Source: an uncultured Planctomycetota bacterium
GTDB taxonomy: Bacteria; Planctomycetota; Planctomycetia; Gemmatales; Gemmataceae
Assembly: GCA_963849325.1 (NCBI GenBank)
Contig: CAWKHF010000012.1
Location: 1,056,001-1,120,000, forward strand
DNA length: 64,000 nt
Direction of reading: 5' to 3'
The notes beneath the pieces are model-generated. The model saw only the letters and a list, made by a program, of their open reading frames with translations, had not been told where the DNA came from and ran no database searches. Every line of letters starts with the position of its first letter. The first letter of the stretch is position 1. Below are positions 20,730 through 30,333 of the stretch, in pieces. A program made the position numbers and the translations under genes.

Positions 20730-21602
20730 CTACGATCGATCCGGAGCGATGGAGGTTGGCGGGTGAAGCCGGAGCCGGCGCGGACGGAGCCAGGCGGGGT
20801 CGAACGTGAAAAGATGGATCATCACCATGCCGAGGCTCAGGTCGGCGAAGTCGATCACGGCGAGGAGCGACAGGTGCATCAGCAGCATCGCCGTCCATAG
20901 CCACGGTCGCAGGCGGCGCACCAGGGCCAGCGGCGCGAACGATAACTCCAGGGCGAGGGCCGTCCACGTCGCCAGGTGCAGCAACCAGAGCGGCAGTGCC
21001 AGCAGCGTCTCCCGCAGCCGGCCGGGGCGCACGAGGGGGTTGTCGAGCACGCGGGCCAGGGCGGTGCCGTCGCGCCACGACGGGCTGACGAGCTTCGAAT
21101 AACCGCTGTAAGTGTACGACAGAGCCAGCACGACCCACGCCGCGGCGAAGATCGCCCGCGGCATGTGCCAGCCGCCCGGATCGACTTGCCCCCGCGCCGC
21201 CCACGACCCATACGGCGCCGGCGGCAGGAACACATGGGCCAGCAACATCCAGCCGACGAACGGAATGCCGGGGTTGCTGATGAGCGGATCGCGGCCCAGC
21301 AGACACGCCCAGACGTACCAGATGCCCAGCGCCGCCGCGCGGTCGTACACGCCGACGCCGAAGAACACACTCAGGACAGTTCCCGCGGTCAACAGGGCCG
21401 TCACCGTGGCGGGCGAGTCCGACAGAGCGAGCACGTTCGGAAACAGGTGCAGCAGCGGGCTAGCCGTGCCGTGGGGCAAGACACCCTGGTTCGAGAATAG
21501 CTCGGCCCCCCAGGGGAGCAGGTGAAGGAAGTGGATCAGCAGGTACGTCGCGAAGACGGCCCGGAAGAGGCTGTACTGGCCGCCGGTCCAGCCGTTGTTC
21601 AT
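20730..21602 (-). CDS. HTTM-domain membrane protein (vitamin-K-dependent carboxylase/SdpB-like TM domain)
   Basis: YSLFRAVF...LLPWGAELFS; YTYSGYSKL.SPSW.DGTAL; TWTALALELSF; MHL; ATGA overlap with the upstream gene. Confidence 0.75.
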   Translation of the reverse strand: MNNGWTGGQYSLFRAVFATYLLIHFLHLLPWGAELFSNQGVLPHGTASPLLHLFPNVLALSDSPATVTALLTAGTVLSVFFGVGVYDRAAALGIWYVWACLLGRDPLISNPGIPFVGWMLLAHVFLPPAPYGSWAARGQVDPGGWHMPRAIFAAAWVVLALSYTYSGYSKLVSPSWRDGTALARVLDNPLVRPGRLRETLLALPLWLLHLATWTALALELSFAPLALVRRLRPWLWTAMLLMHLSLLAVIDFADLSLGMVMIHLFTFDPAWLRPRRLRLHPPTSIAPDRS

Positions 21603-22093
21603 GGACAGGGCGCCTCCAGCATGCGCGGCAGATCGCCCAGGTCCGTGCCCGGCAGCGGTTCGTAGCGGACGTGGACACGGCCGGCGATTTCGTCGTGATC
21701 GATGCCCAATTCGCGCAGCAGCGGGGCGTCGCCGCACAGGGCGTATCGCATCACCGGGTCGCGCAGCTCGGCCGGCAACACCGGGCCGTAAGCGAGGGCC
21801 GCCCCGTAGACGTTGCGGCGGTTGTACGGGCCGCGCAGGCGCGCGTAAACCTCCGGCGTGACGTGCAGCGAATGTCCGGCGCCGGAGCGGTCGGTCCACT
21901 CGACGTAGAAGCGCGTCGAGTAGGTCTCCAGGCCGCGCACGCTGGAGAAGACTTTCGGCGCCGGCGACGCCGCCGTCGCGGCGGCGACGCCCTTCAGCGC
22001 TCGGCCGACGCCTTCGGAAACGGTCTGCTGGACCAGGTCGCCGATCATCTGCGACAGGCCCAACCCCACGAGGAAGACCGCGACCTTCTTCAT
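21599..22093 (-). CDS. Conserved hypothetical protein with N-terminal hydrophobic segment
   Basis: MKKVAVFLVGLGLSQMIGD...ASPAPKVFS...LRGPYNRRNVYGAALAYGP; ATGA overlaps at both ends. Confidence 0.75.
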   Translation of the reverse strand: MKKVAVFLVGLGLSQMIGDLVQQTVSEGVGRALKGVAAATAASPAPKVFSSVRGLETYSTRFYVEWTDRSGAGHSLHVTPEVYARLRGPYNRRNVYGAALAYGPVLPAELRDPVMRYALCGDAPLLRELGIDHDEIAGRVHVRYEPLPGTDLGDLPRMLEAPCP

Positions 22094-22833
22094 GACTTGT
22101 GCCCCGTCGTCGGCGACTTGTTGACGTTCACGCCGGCCAGCATCCGCAACAGCTCGTGTTCCTTCCGCGGCCCGAACCCGCACGTCGCCTGCCAGCGGCG
22201 CGGATTGTGGAACGTACCGAAGAGCATGTCCCACAACGGCAGGTCCGCATAGTTGCAGTGGTGCAGCCCCTCCTGGTGATGGACGCAGTGACTCTCGGGA
22301 CGCTGCACGAGGTAGCCCAACCAGTGGGGCGTCGGCACGTTCCAGTGGTAGAACAGCTCGGCGAGGCCCGTCATCAGCACGGCGAGGACGGCCGCCCGCG
22401 GGCCGAGGCCGACCAGCAGGTAGAGGATGGCACTGGACAGCAGCCCGTTGGCCATCAGCTCGAAGGGATGCTTGTAGAAGCTGGTGAGGACCTCGATCCG
22501 TTGGGCGCTGTGGTGGACCTGGTGGAGCCAGCGCCACAAGAAGTCGGATTCGTGCCGCCAGCGGTGCCACCAGTAGTAAAGGAAGGTGATGACCAGGTAG
22601 CCGACCAGGGCGCCGCCGCTGACGCCGAGAGGGTCGGCGGACCAGGGACGGTGGCGTTGCATCCAGCCGTCCCAGGCGACGCCGGCGAGGTAGACGACGC
22701 CGATTTGCAGGCCGTTGAGCAGGGCGGCCCGTAGCCACCAGCCGGCGACCTGCGGCCACGAGCGTCCCGGTCGGACGACTTCGCACGCTATCATCACCAG
22801 CGCCACACCCAGGACGATTAGCGGAACAATCAT
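22090..22833 (-). CDS. Sterol desaturase / fatty-acid hydroxylase family di-iron membrane enzyme
   Basis: His boxes YWWHRWRH, HQVHH, YKHPFE, FYHWN, HCVHH; NYADLPLWD.LFGT. Confidence 0.9.
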   Translation of the reverse strand: MIVPLIVLGVALVMIACEVVRPGRSWPQVAGWWLRAALLNGLQIGVVYLAGVAWDGWMQRHRPWSADPLGVSGGALVGYLVITFLYYWWHRWRHESDFLWRWLHQVHHSAQRIEVLTSFYKHPFELMANGLLSSAILYLLVGLGPRAAVLAVLMTGLAELFYHWNVPTPHWLGYLVQRPESHCVHHQEGLHHCNYADLPLWDMLFGTFHNPRRWQATCGFGPRKEHELLRMLAGVNVNKSPTTGHKS

Positions 22834-23071
22834 AACGCTCCTCCCGGAGAACGGCCTCTCCTCTCCGGAAGGCACGCTGCGGGAGAGGATGTCACGGAGG
22901 AGCGGGATGTCGCCTCGGTCTCCATGAATCCTGCTCTCACCTCGGTTGTGTTCCCTGGCGCCTTCCGGGATCACATCGCCGTCCGGATGCCCGAAGAATC
23001 CAGCAGCGGACGTGCTCGAACCGGGGCCTGACTCTCAGGCCATGAAGACGAGGATGCCGCGACGGAGTTGG

Positions 23072-23100
23072 TTGACAGAGCGGGGGGCGATCCCTAAGGT
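23072..23100 (+). promoter_or_regulatory. Sigma70-type promoter of rpsR
   Basis: TTGACA-N17-TAAGGT, 56 nt upstream of the ATG. Confidence 0.65.
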
Positions 23101-23156
23101 AATTATTTCTTCGGTTGGGTCCGAATCTCACACCCAGACAGGGGGCGTCAACAGCG

Positions 23157-23399
23157 ATGGTTCGCAAGAAGCTCGGGCGGGGCAGGAAGAATCGCTGCCG
23201 GTTCTGCACGAAGGAAGGTTGTCCGCGGCCGGCGTTCGTGGACTATAAAGACGTACAGACCCTCAAAAAGCTCTGCACCAGCCAGGGCAAGATGTTCAGT
23301 CGCAAGCGCAGCGGCAACTGTGCCGCTTTTCAGCGCGCCGTCAAGGACGCCGTCAAGCGCGCGCGTTTCATGGCCCTCATGCCCTACGTCGGCGAGTGA
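23157..23399 (+). CDS. rpsR: 30S ribosomal protein S18 (Cys-rich form)
   Basis: CRFC...VDYKDV..LKK....GK....RSGNC..FQR.V..AVKRARFMALMPYV. Confidence 0.95.
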   Translation: MVRKKLGRGRKNRCRFCTKEGCPRPAFVDYKDVQTLKKLCTSQGKMFSRKRSGNCAAFQRAVKDAVKRARFMALMPYVGE

Positions 23400-23415
23400 T
23401 TGAGAACGCTGTCGT

Positions 23416-23472
23416 CCGAGCCGCGACCGTCAGGGAGCGGATTTCGCCCGCTCCCTGACGGTCGCGGCTCGG
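23416..23472. repeat. REP-like palindrome (GAGCCGCGACCGTCAGGGAGCG family)
   Basis: ccgagccgcgaccgtcagggagcgg-atttcgc-ccgctccctgacggtcgcggctcgg, a perfect stem between convergent genes. Confidence 0.9.
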
Positions 23473-24890
23473 TTGGGTGCGCTCGTTCTTAGCTCCCCTC
23501 TGGCGCGGCCGTCAGGACGCAGGTGCTTGAGGTAGTCGAGGAAATCGCGCTCGAACGAGGACAGGGGCTGCCCCGTCAGCCTGGAGAAGGCGTCGAGGCG
23601 GTCTCCGCCGCGTCTCAGGTCGCGGACGTAGGCGTCGAGGGCCGGCGTCCCCAGTACCTTGCGATCGAAGGTGAGGTAATAGGCCAGCGCCCACGACGCC
23701 AGGTAATAGCGGTCGGAGACCTGTCGGTCGCCGTCGTGGGCCACCTGGAACTGCTTCGGCCCGGCGCGGAGCAGGTCGGCCACGGGCAGCAGCGTGCTCT
23801 TGCCCAGGGCCAGGCGAACGGCGTCGAGGCGCTCCTTGTCGGCGTGGCCGATGCGCAGTTCGCCCACCTCAAAAATGGCCGTCTCGAAGATCTGCGCCAA
23901 CCCTTCGTTGAGCCAGCGCGGCAGTTCACCATCGCGGCTGGGGTAGACGAAATTGAGCAGGTAGGCGTGGAACGCCTCGTGGAACAGACGCTGGAACAGG
24001 CGCTGTTGGGCGCGCTCGAACGTCTCCTGATTGCTCGCCTCGGCGGCATCGATCTGGCGCCGCTTCTGGGCCAGCGCCATCTTGAACTCCTGCGGTAGAA
24101 CGCCCTTGTAGGCCTTGCGCAACTCGGTCTCGCGCTCGTCGAGGTCCGCCCTCAGGCGAACGTGATGGCCGTGGATGCGCGTCAACTCCCGCGCCACGTA
24201 TCGCCAATCGAAGGCGCAGACGATGCGATTTTTGGCCGGGTCGAAGAAGGCGGGGTTGAGCAGAGTTCGGCCCTCGCCGCGCATGAGGTCCTGATAATCG
24301 GCCAGCGATTGCGGCAGAAAGATGGTGGTGCGCTGCCCCTCGGCCCGCGGCGGTAGGGCGTGGACGTAGGCGGCATACACCTGTTCGAGTCGGATCGCCG
24401 TCACCTGGACGATGCCGCGCGGAGCGTTGGAAACAAGCTGGAAATAGGTGGACTCGTATCGCAGGGCCGGGCGCTTGGCCTCGCCGGCCCAGGTCGTCGC
24501 GGCCAGGTCGAGCTTGTCGGCGTCGTCGGCCGGTTCCTTGGCGGCAGGGTCGAACGCCTTCATGCGCTCGGCCAGGCGCGTGCGTTCCTCGCGCAGGGCC
24601 TGCAAGCGCTGCCGCAGCGTCTCGCGCTGGTCGTCGGAGAGCAAGTCCGCGCGGTCGATCTCGTCGCCGGACAGGACGACCGGATAGACGATGGTGGGCC
24701 GGCCGGGCTTGCGGACGACGCACTTCATGCGCAGCGGCGGACCCCGCTCGACGACGAGTCCTCGGTAACTAATGCCTCTTTTCAGATAGACAACATCGTA
24801 TTTCCAGTCGTCGCCGCCGGGCGCGTTGTCGGCGGCGAGGCCGGCCAGGGAAGCGCCGATCAGCAACCAGGCGGGTAGTGAGCGCTTCAT
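23430..24890 (-). CDS. Secreted DUF1570-like zincin metallopeptidase
   Basis: Signal peptide; LFHEAFHAY and PRWLNEGLAQIFE; YLASWALAYYL; C-terminus runs into the REP element. Confidence 0.75.
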   Translation of the reverse strand: MKRSLPAWLLIGASLAGLAADNAPGGDDWKYDVVYLKRGISYRGLVVERGPPLRMKCVVRKPGRPTIVYPVVLSGDEIDRADLLSDDQRETLRQRLQALREERTRLAERMKAFDPAAKEPADDADKLDLAATTWAGEAKRPALRYESTYFQLVSNAPRGIVQVTAIRLEQVYAAYVHALPPRAEGQRTTIFLPQSLADYQDLMRGEGRTLLNPAFFDPAKNRIVCAFDWRYVARELTRIHGHHVRLRADLDERETELRKAYKGVLPQEFKMALAQKRRQIDAAEASNQETFERAQQRLFQRLFHEAFHAYLLNFVYPSRDGELPRWLNEGLAQIFETAIFEVGELRIGHADKERLDAVRLALGKSTLLPVADLLRAGPKQFQVAHDGDRQVSDRYYLASWALAYYLTFDRKVLGTPALDAYVRDLRRGGDRLDAFSRLTGQPLSSFERDFLDYLKHLRPDGRARGELRTSAPNRAATVRERAKSAP

Positions 24891-25020
24891 CGCGGAGATA
24901 TGCCTCCAGGGGCTGGACAAGAGGGAGGCGGAGTCCTCGACAGAGGAGTCCGATCCCTTCGCCCACTATACCCCGAGGCGAAGGCGTTGCCAATCAGGAA
25001 GGGTCTCGGGAGCACCGCTT

Positions 25021-25847
25021 CTAGTCGAGGCTAAACGGCGTGGTGTTCAGGTAGTAAAGGGCAGCTTTGAACGCGGCCGCATTCGAGAGACTGTAGTTGA
25101 TGAGGCGGACGCTGCCGTCACACATGACGAAGAGACTGCCGCCGTCATAGGGCGAACCCCAGTAATTGTTTTGGCCCCCGTTGTTCGGAGCGTCCTTGAG
25201 GATCTGGGTGCCGTTGCGGCCGGTGCCGCCCTGACCGCCCGAGTAGATGATCTGGTCCCAGTTGCCGCTGGTCGTGGTGCCGTAGGAGTTGGCGTCCATG
25301 GACTTCTCGCCGGCGAGGACGGTGTTGCTCGTGCCGTTGGCGCCGCTGACCATCTGCAACGTGTAAGAAGTCTTGGTACTGCCGAAGCTGTAGGTGTTCC
25401 AGACGTAATCGGTATGAGGACCGTTGCCGCCATTGCCGCCGGTGCCGCCGCTTGTGGCGTAAGGGGTGTGGTTGCGGCCCGGATCGAGGTAAGTCTTGAT
25501 GCCGACAACTGCCTGCGCGAAGTTGCCGGCCGTCACCTGGTTGTAGAGGTTCTGCTGCTCGATGAAGGGCAGGATCTGGAAGGCCCAACACCAGTTGGTC
25601 CAGCCGGTGCCGCCGATGCTGATGCCATTGTCGGGGAGGCGATTGTAGGTATCGTGGTAGCCCTGGGCGGCAATGCCGATCTGCTTGAGGTTGTTGAAGC
25701 TCTGCGAGCGGGCAGCGGCCATGCGGACCTTTTGCACGGCCGGGAGCAACAGGCCGATGAGGATGGCGATGATGGCGATCACCACCAACAGTTCGATCAA
25801 CGTAAACCCGCGCCGCGCTTGCGGAGGATGAGCCTGGGCATAAACAT
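25021..25847 (-). CDS. DUF1559 prepilin-type N-terminal cleavage/methylation protein (1-base deletion in the GFTL codons)
   Basis: (G)[28 protein letters not shown]...NNLKQIG...[11 protein letters not shown]...GTSNT..AGEK...CDGSV. Confidence 0.9.
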
Positions 25848-25962
25848 CTCACAGCTTGAGTACAGAACCCTCCCACGAATTGTTGGCGGTTTATCGTAGG
25901 ACCGGCGCGGGAAAGTGTCAATGTGCTCACACGCCCCGCGCCGGTGTTATCCTCCTCCCAAC

Positions 25963-26577
25963 TCAGTCGAACGTCAAGCCGGAAGCCGTGGCAGGATCGA
26001 CGGGAGGGTCGGCCTCGTCCTGGCTAACGGTCAGGTCACAAGAAGGCGGACTCGGATTGACAATATAGCAATAGAGCGTCCAATCAGGCGGCGGCTCTTC
26101 CTCCTCGATATCGGTGGGAGGCGTATCACAATTGGTCATGGTGCCGCTAACGTCGCCGCCCGCCGCGTCCGCTGTCCCATAGGCCACGAACTCCAAGGGG
26201 ATCGGATTATCCGAGTCATGAGGATAAGTGATCTTGACGGGATCCCTGGACTTACTGGGGTCAGGGGACAGGTCAATGCCCGTACTGCTAGCTAGTTCCT
26301 GACCATTTTCATCGACAATCTGTACAGTATAGGTCTTCCCTGGTGATGCCTCCACCTGGAAACGCAGACCCCAGAACATCTGTTTGCGCGAATGTTTGGA
26401 GTGAGCGAGATATACCAGGGTGCCAGGTGTTTCGTTGCGGCTTCCTTCCTCGATCACTTTTCCGCTCGGCCGGGTGCCCTTATCGACTGCGCCGAAGGCG
26501 ATGAAATGGGGGCCGTGCGTACGTTTCCCCGGCTTGGGATGGTGAATCTTGCCTGTCTTTTTCGGTGGGGTGCTCAT
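25963..26577 (-). CDS. Hypothetical protein with two similar beta-rich (Ig-like?) halves
   Basis: AGGAG RBS; KIHHPK...FIAFGA vs KITYPH...FVAYGT; directly downstream of the kinase. Confidence 0.6.
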   Translation of the reverse strand: MSTPPKKTGKIHHPKPGKRTHGPHFIAFGAVDKGTRPSGKVIEEGSRNETPGTLVYLAHSKHSRKQMFWGLRFQVEASPGKTYTVQIVDENGQELASSTGIDLSPDPSKSRDPVKITYPHDSDNPIPLEFVAYGTADAAGGDVSGTMTNCDTPPTDIEEEEPPPDWTLYCYIVNPSPPSCDLTVSQDEADPPVDPATASGLTFD

Positions 26578-26596
26578 GTTGTTCTCCTGGACAAAG

Positions 26597-28714
26597 TTAC
26601 TCGGGATTCTCCAACGGTTCGATGACAACTCGGCGGAACGAAACCGAGCTGTTCTGCACGTAAAACCCCAGTTTTCCGCGCGGCGAAAAGTTGACCGCGT
26701 CCTCTTCCGTGATGGGGTTACCGGGTCGTTTCTGGTTGTGACTTCGCCAGACATGCCTTGTCTTCTCCGCCAAATCGGCGAAGGACAGCTCATAGGCCAA
26801 CTCCCCTTCCCAGAAGCCGCGAAGGGCGCGGGGAGTCACCTCGACGGCGAGCTGGCGCCAGTCCCGCTTGCCGGTAGCAGCGGCCGGCTCGATGCCGCTG
26901 GCCCCCAGGGACATACTAAAACCCCAGGCCGCCTCCGGCGGCCGTTTTTCGAGGTACAAATGGGAGTGAAAAGCGACGTAATTGCCTGGCGGGGCTGGCT
27001 GCCGCAGCACCCTTCCTGTCCTTTTTGTGAACTGTGCCTGAACGTCCGCGAATCTCTCTCGCAAGTCATACAGGTCATTAAATGTCCAGTAGATCAAGGA
27101 ATGAGCTGTGCCCAGGGAAGTGTCAAAGGATCGCTCGAGGACATAGAGGCCCACCTGCGCTCCCGAGGCGGCTTTTCGCTGCCGCACCTCGGCACGCAGG
27201 CGATAGCTCTCGCGGCGCGGGTCGCGCACCAACTCCAGGAGGGTCGGCGACCAGGCATGCACGGTGAAGGTGCCGTCCCCTGCCATGGACACCTGCACGG
27301 TATCGCCCACCTGCGCGGTATCGACGCCCTTGGGAAACGAGTACCACGCCGGTTTGCCCGTCTCGCCAATCAGGACGACCTCTTCTCCCCGCTCCAGCCG
27401 GCGCTCGATGTTGCGGATCGGCCGCTCGGGATCGTAGCGATACCAGGCCAGCGATCCCATCACGGCCAGCAGGGCCAGCAAGGCGATGGCGGCGGTCATC
27501 CGGGGACGGCGGCGCACGGCCCGCCAGGCGCGACCCGTTCGGCTCAGCGGCCGGACGTGCGTCGGCTCGCCCCCCAACCAGCGGTCGAGATCGTCCGCCA
27601 GGGCCGCAGCGGAGGGGTAACGCCGCGACGGCTCTTCCTCCAGGCACTTCAGGACAATCGCCTCCAAGTCGCGGGCCAGTTCCGGCCGGCGGCGCGACGG
27701 CGCCTCCGGCTCGCACGCCCGAACCAGTTCGATGGTCTGATAGCGCGTCTCAGCCCGAAACGGCGGCTGGCCGGTCAGCGCTTCGTAGAGGATGGTCCCC
27801 AGGGCATACACGTCGGCGGCGGGTCCGACCGTCCGGCTCTCGCCGCGCGCCTGCTCCGGGGCCATGTACGCCGGCGTGCCCAGGATGGCGTCGCTGCGCG
27901 TGTCGCTGTCCTCGGCGTCGAGCACCTTGGCTAACCCGAAGTCGGTGATCTTGGGCGTGCCGTCGGCGGCGAACAGGACGTTGCTCGGCTTGAGATCGCG
28001 ATGCACGATGCCCAGGTCGTGGGCCGCCTGCACGGCGCGGGCCAGCGTCCGCACCAGTTCCGCCGCCTCGCGCTGCGGCAGCGGCGAGCCGTTCAGACGG
28101 TTCGACAGCGTGCCGCCCTCCAGCAGCTCCATGGAGAAGAACATCTGACCGTCGTGCTCGTTGAACTCGTGGATCTGCACGACGTGGGCGTGACGCACCT
28201 GAGCGATGACCTCGCCCTCGCGCTGGAAGCGCAGCCGTTCCTCGGGACTGGCGTAGACGCCGGCGCGGACCATCTTGAGGGCGACCAGGCGCTTGAGCTT
28301 TTCCTGCCGGGCCTTGTAGACGACGCCCATGCCGCCCTGGCCGAGCCGTTCCAGCAGTTGATAGGCGCCGAAGACGACCGGCAGCGGCGGTGCGTCGGGC
28401 GGAGCGGACGACTTCGCGTCTGTCACCGTGGCCGTGCCGGCGTGCTCCAGTGGGATGGCCCGCGCCCGGTCCTCCAGCCGCTGGCACGCCGGCTCGTTCC
28501 CGTGGGAAAGCAGGGCCGAGTCGCGCCGCAGGTGGACCGCGATCGTGTCCTTGCCTTGCAATCTCTCCAGAGTGGATTCGCAACTCCGGCAGGCGGAGAG
28601 ATGTTCGCCGATGACTTCCAACTGCTCCCACGGCAATCGGCCGCGGTCGAAATCGGCCAATTCCTCCGGGGAGGGGCAGGGCGGAGTTCGGGGCACGAAA
28701 TCGTCTGGGGTCAT
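26597..28714 (-). CDS. Hanks-type Ser/Thr kinase with N-terminal zinc-finger (anti-sigma-like), TM helix and extracytoplasmic domain
   Basis: CP...HLSACRSC (HxxxCxxC); GQGGMGVV, VALK, HRDLKPSN, DFGL, GTPAYMAPEQ; TM AAIALLALLAVMGSLAWY. Confidence 0.93.
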   Translation of the reverse strand: MTPDDFVPRTPPCPSPEELADFDRGRLPWEQLEVIGEHLSACRSCESTLERLQGKDTIAVHLRRDSALLSHGNEPACQRLEDRARAIPLEHAGTATVTDAKSSAPPDAPPLPVVFGAYQLLERLGQGGMGVVYKARQEKLKRLVALKMVRAGVYASPEERLRFQREGEVIAQVRHAHVVQIHEFNEHDGQMFFSMELLEGGTLSNRLNGSPLPQREAAELVRTLARAVQAAHDLGIVHRDLKPSNVLFAADGTPKITDFGLAKVLDAEDSDTRSDAILGTPAYMAPEQARGESRTVGPAADVYALGTILYEALTGQPPFRAETRYQTIELVRACEPEAPSRRRPELARDLEAIVLKCLEEEPSRRYPSAAALADDLDRWLGGEPTHVRPLSRTGRAWRAVRRRPRMTAAIALLALLAVMGSLAWYRYDPERPIRNIERRLERGEEVVLIGETGKPAWYSFPKGVDTAQVGDTVQVSMAGDGTFTVHAWSPTLLELVRDPRRESYRLRAEVRQRKAASGAQVGLYVLERSFDTSLGTAHSLIYWTFNDLYDLRERFADVQAQFTKRTGRVLRQPAPPGNYVAFHSHLYLEKRPPEAAWGFSMSLGASGIEPAAATGKRDWRQLAVEVTPRALRGFWEGELAYELSFADLAEKTRHVWRSHNQKRPGNPITEEDAVNFSPRGKLGFYVQNSSVSFRRVVIEPLENPE

Positions 28715-28735
28715 GCCGGTATCTCCTTTTTCCCC

Positions 28736-28788
28736 ACCAGCCCGGAGCGCGAGCGACGGTCAACCCGTCGCTTGCGCTCCGGGCTGGT
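28736..28788. repeat. REP-like palindrome (AGCCCGGAGCGCNAGCGACGG family)
   Basis: accagcccggagcgcgagcgacgg-tcaac-ccgtcgcttgcgctccgggctggt. Confidence 0.9.
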
Positions 28789-28802
28789 CGGAAAAAAGTG
28801 CT

Positions 28803-29429
28803 TCAACTATCCATCAGATCCTCGAACTCCTCGCGCAGACGCTTGAGCACGCGGGCCTTGGCCAGGTAGACCGCGTTGGTGGACATTTGCAGCGCGCGGG
28901 CCGTATCGGCCGGCGTCTGGCCTTTGATGACGACCTCCTCGAAGGCGAGCCAGGTCTTCTCCTGGAACTCGGCCCGGATCAATTCGGCGGCCCGCTGATA
29001 GATCAGGCTCGCTTCGGCGCCGTCCTCGTCGGGGTCGGGGTCGGAAAGCTCCCGGAGCGGCGCTGGCTCCGTCAGCGTGACGGCTTCGTGGAAGCGGCCC
29101 TCCTCCCGTGCCTCTTTTTCGGCCCGATTCCGCCGGTGGAAATCGGTGATCTTGTTGCGCGTGATGATGCGCAGCCAGCCGCGGAAACTATCTCCTGGTT
29201 GCTGTCGCTGAAAGCCCGGAATGTGACTCCAGACCGCCTGGAACACTTCCTGTCCGACATCGAGCGCATCCGCCTCCTGCAGGCCCGTCCGCGCGCACCA
29301 CATGTACACCAAAGGCGCGTACAGGTGGACCAGCCGATCCCACGCTGTACGATCCTGGGCCTTGACGCGAACCAGTAAACTCGAGGACGGCTCGCCGCCC
29401 TTATAAAGAGGAACGTGTGGATCTGTCAC
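28803..29429 (-). CDS. ECF sigma factor (planctomycete kinase-associated type)
   Basis: SSLLVRVK...AWDRLVHLYAPLV...QEVF...SFRGWLRIITRNK; region 4 TARALQMSTNAVYLAKARVLKRLRE. Confidence 0.9.
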   Translation of the reverse strand: MTDPHVPLYKGGEPSSSLLVRVKAQDRTAWDRLVHLYAPLVYMWCARTGLQEADALDVGQEVFQAVWSHIPGFQRQQPGDSFRGWLRIITRNKITDFHRRNRAEKEAREEGRFHEAVTLTEPAPLRELSDPDPDEDGAEASLIYQRAAELIRAEFQEKTWLAFEEVVIKGQTPADTARALQMSTNAVYLAKARVLKRLREEFEDLMDS

Positions 29430-29541
29430 GCAAGGGCAACTCCGTAATCATTTTCGGCCGGGGCGAGGGCGCGAGTCGAACCTAAACCTTTATGCTCTAC
29501 GGAGGTTAGAGATGTCCAGAAAAAAAGAAAGTCTTTTGCCG

Positions 29542-29598
29542 ACAAGCCCGGAGCGCCAGCGACGGACCTTCACCCGTCGCTCGGCGCTCTGGGCTTGT
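29542..29598. repeat. REP-like palindrome (AGCCCGGAGCGCNAGCGACGG family)
   Basis: acaagcccggagcgccagcgacgg...ccgtcgctcggcgctctgggcttgt. Confidence 0.85.
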
Positions 29599-29606
29599 GG
29601 CGGCTT

Positions 29607-30330
29607 TCACTCCGAGCGCCGCAGCTCGACGAGGATGCCGCCGAGTTGGCAGAGGCGATGCATGCGGGAGAACCACATCTCCCGCTGCCAATGCAGGCCG
29701 CACTCGGCGCAGACCTGGCGCAGCTCGGCTCGGTTGTAGGTACGGCAATGCCACAATCGGCTGCACAGGGCGCCCGTCCATGTGTCCTCGGTGGACAGCA
29801 GCAACAGTTTGCCTCCCGGTTGCAGGATGCGGGCCAGCTCGCGCAGTCCCAGGCGCGGGTCGGGCAGGTGCTCCAGCACCCAGCCACAGACGACGGCATC
29901 GAAGGAGGCATCGGCGTAGGGCAGGCGCGTCAGGTCGGCCACGGCTTGACTGACGCGGGCGCTGCGAAGACGGGCGCGGCGCGGAGCAGCATGCGCGGCG
30001 ACAGGTCGAAGCTGGTCAGGACCGCGTCGGCGTCGGCGTGGCGGAGCAGGAAGCGAGAATAGCGGCCATTGCCGCAGGCGGCGTCGAGGATGCGTTTGCA
30101 GCCGCGCACGTCGAAGGCACCGGGACGAATCAGCCGGCCCGCCAGCGCTTCGTGGCCGGTCAACAGGCCGGTGACGGCCGTCAGCGCACCCGGTAGGCCG
30201 TCGTAATGGTTTTGGATGAAGCGGCGATAGGCGTCGAACGAGCGCCGTTGCGGTTCGGCGGACTCCAGGCGCAGCCGGCGCAGTCCCGCGGCGATCGGCG
30301 AGTCGGTCGCAGATCGATTCCGAAGAAGGA
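29607..30330 (-). CDS. Class I SAM-dependent methyltransferase (frameshifted; start uncertain)
   Basis: ILDAACGNGR, FDLSPRML, ADLTRLPYADASFDAV, ELARILQPGG. Confidence 0.85.
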
Positions 30331-30333
30331 AGA

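Noticed and set aside
26549-27934. Long antisense ORFs (this one, and e.g. 31015-32553, 9303-10790, 19606-21306)
   Set aside because: Stop-poor shadow frames expected in GC-rich DNA, opposite well-supported genes; no motifs
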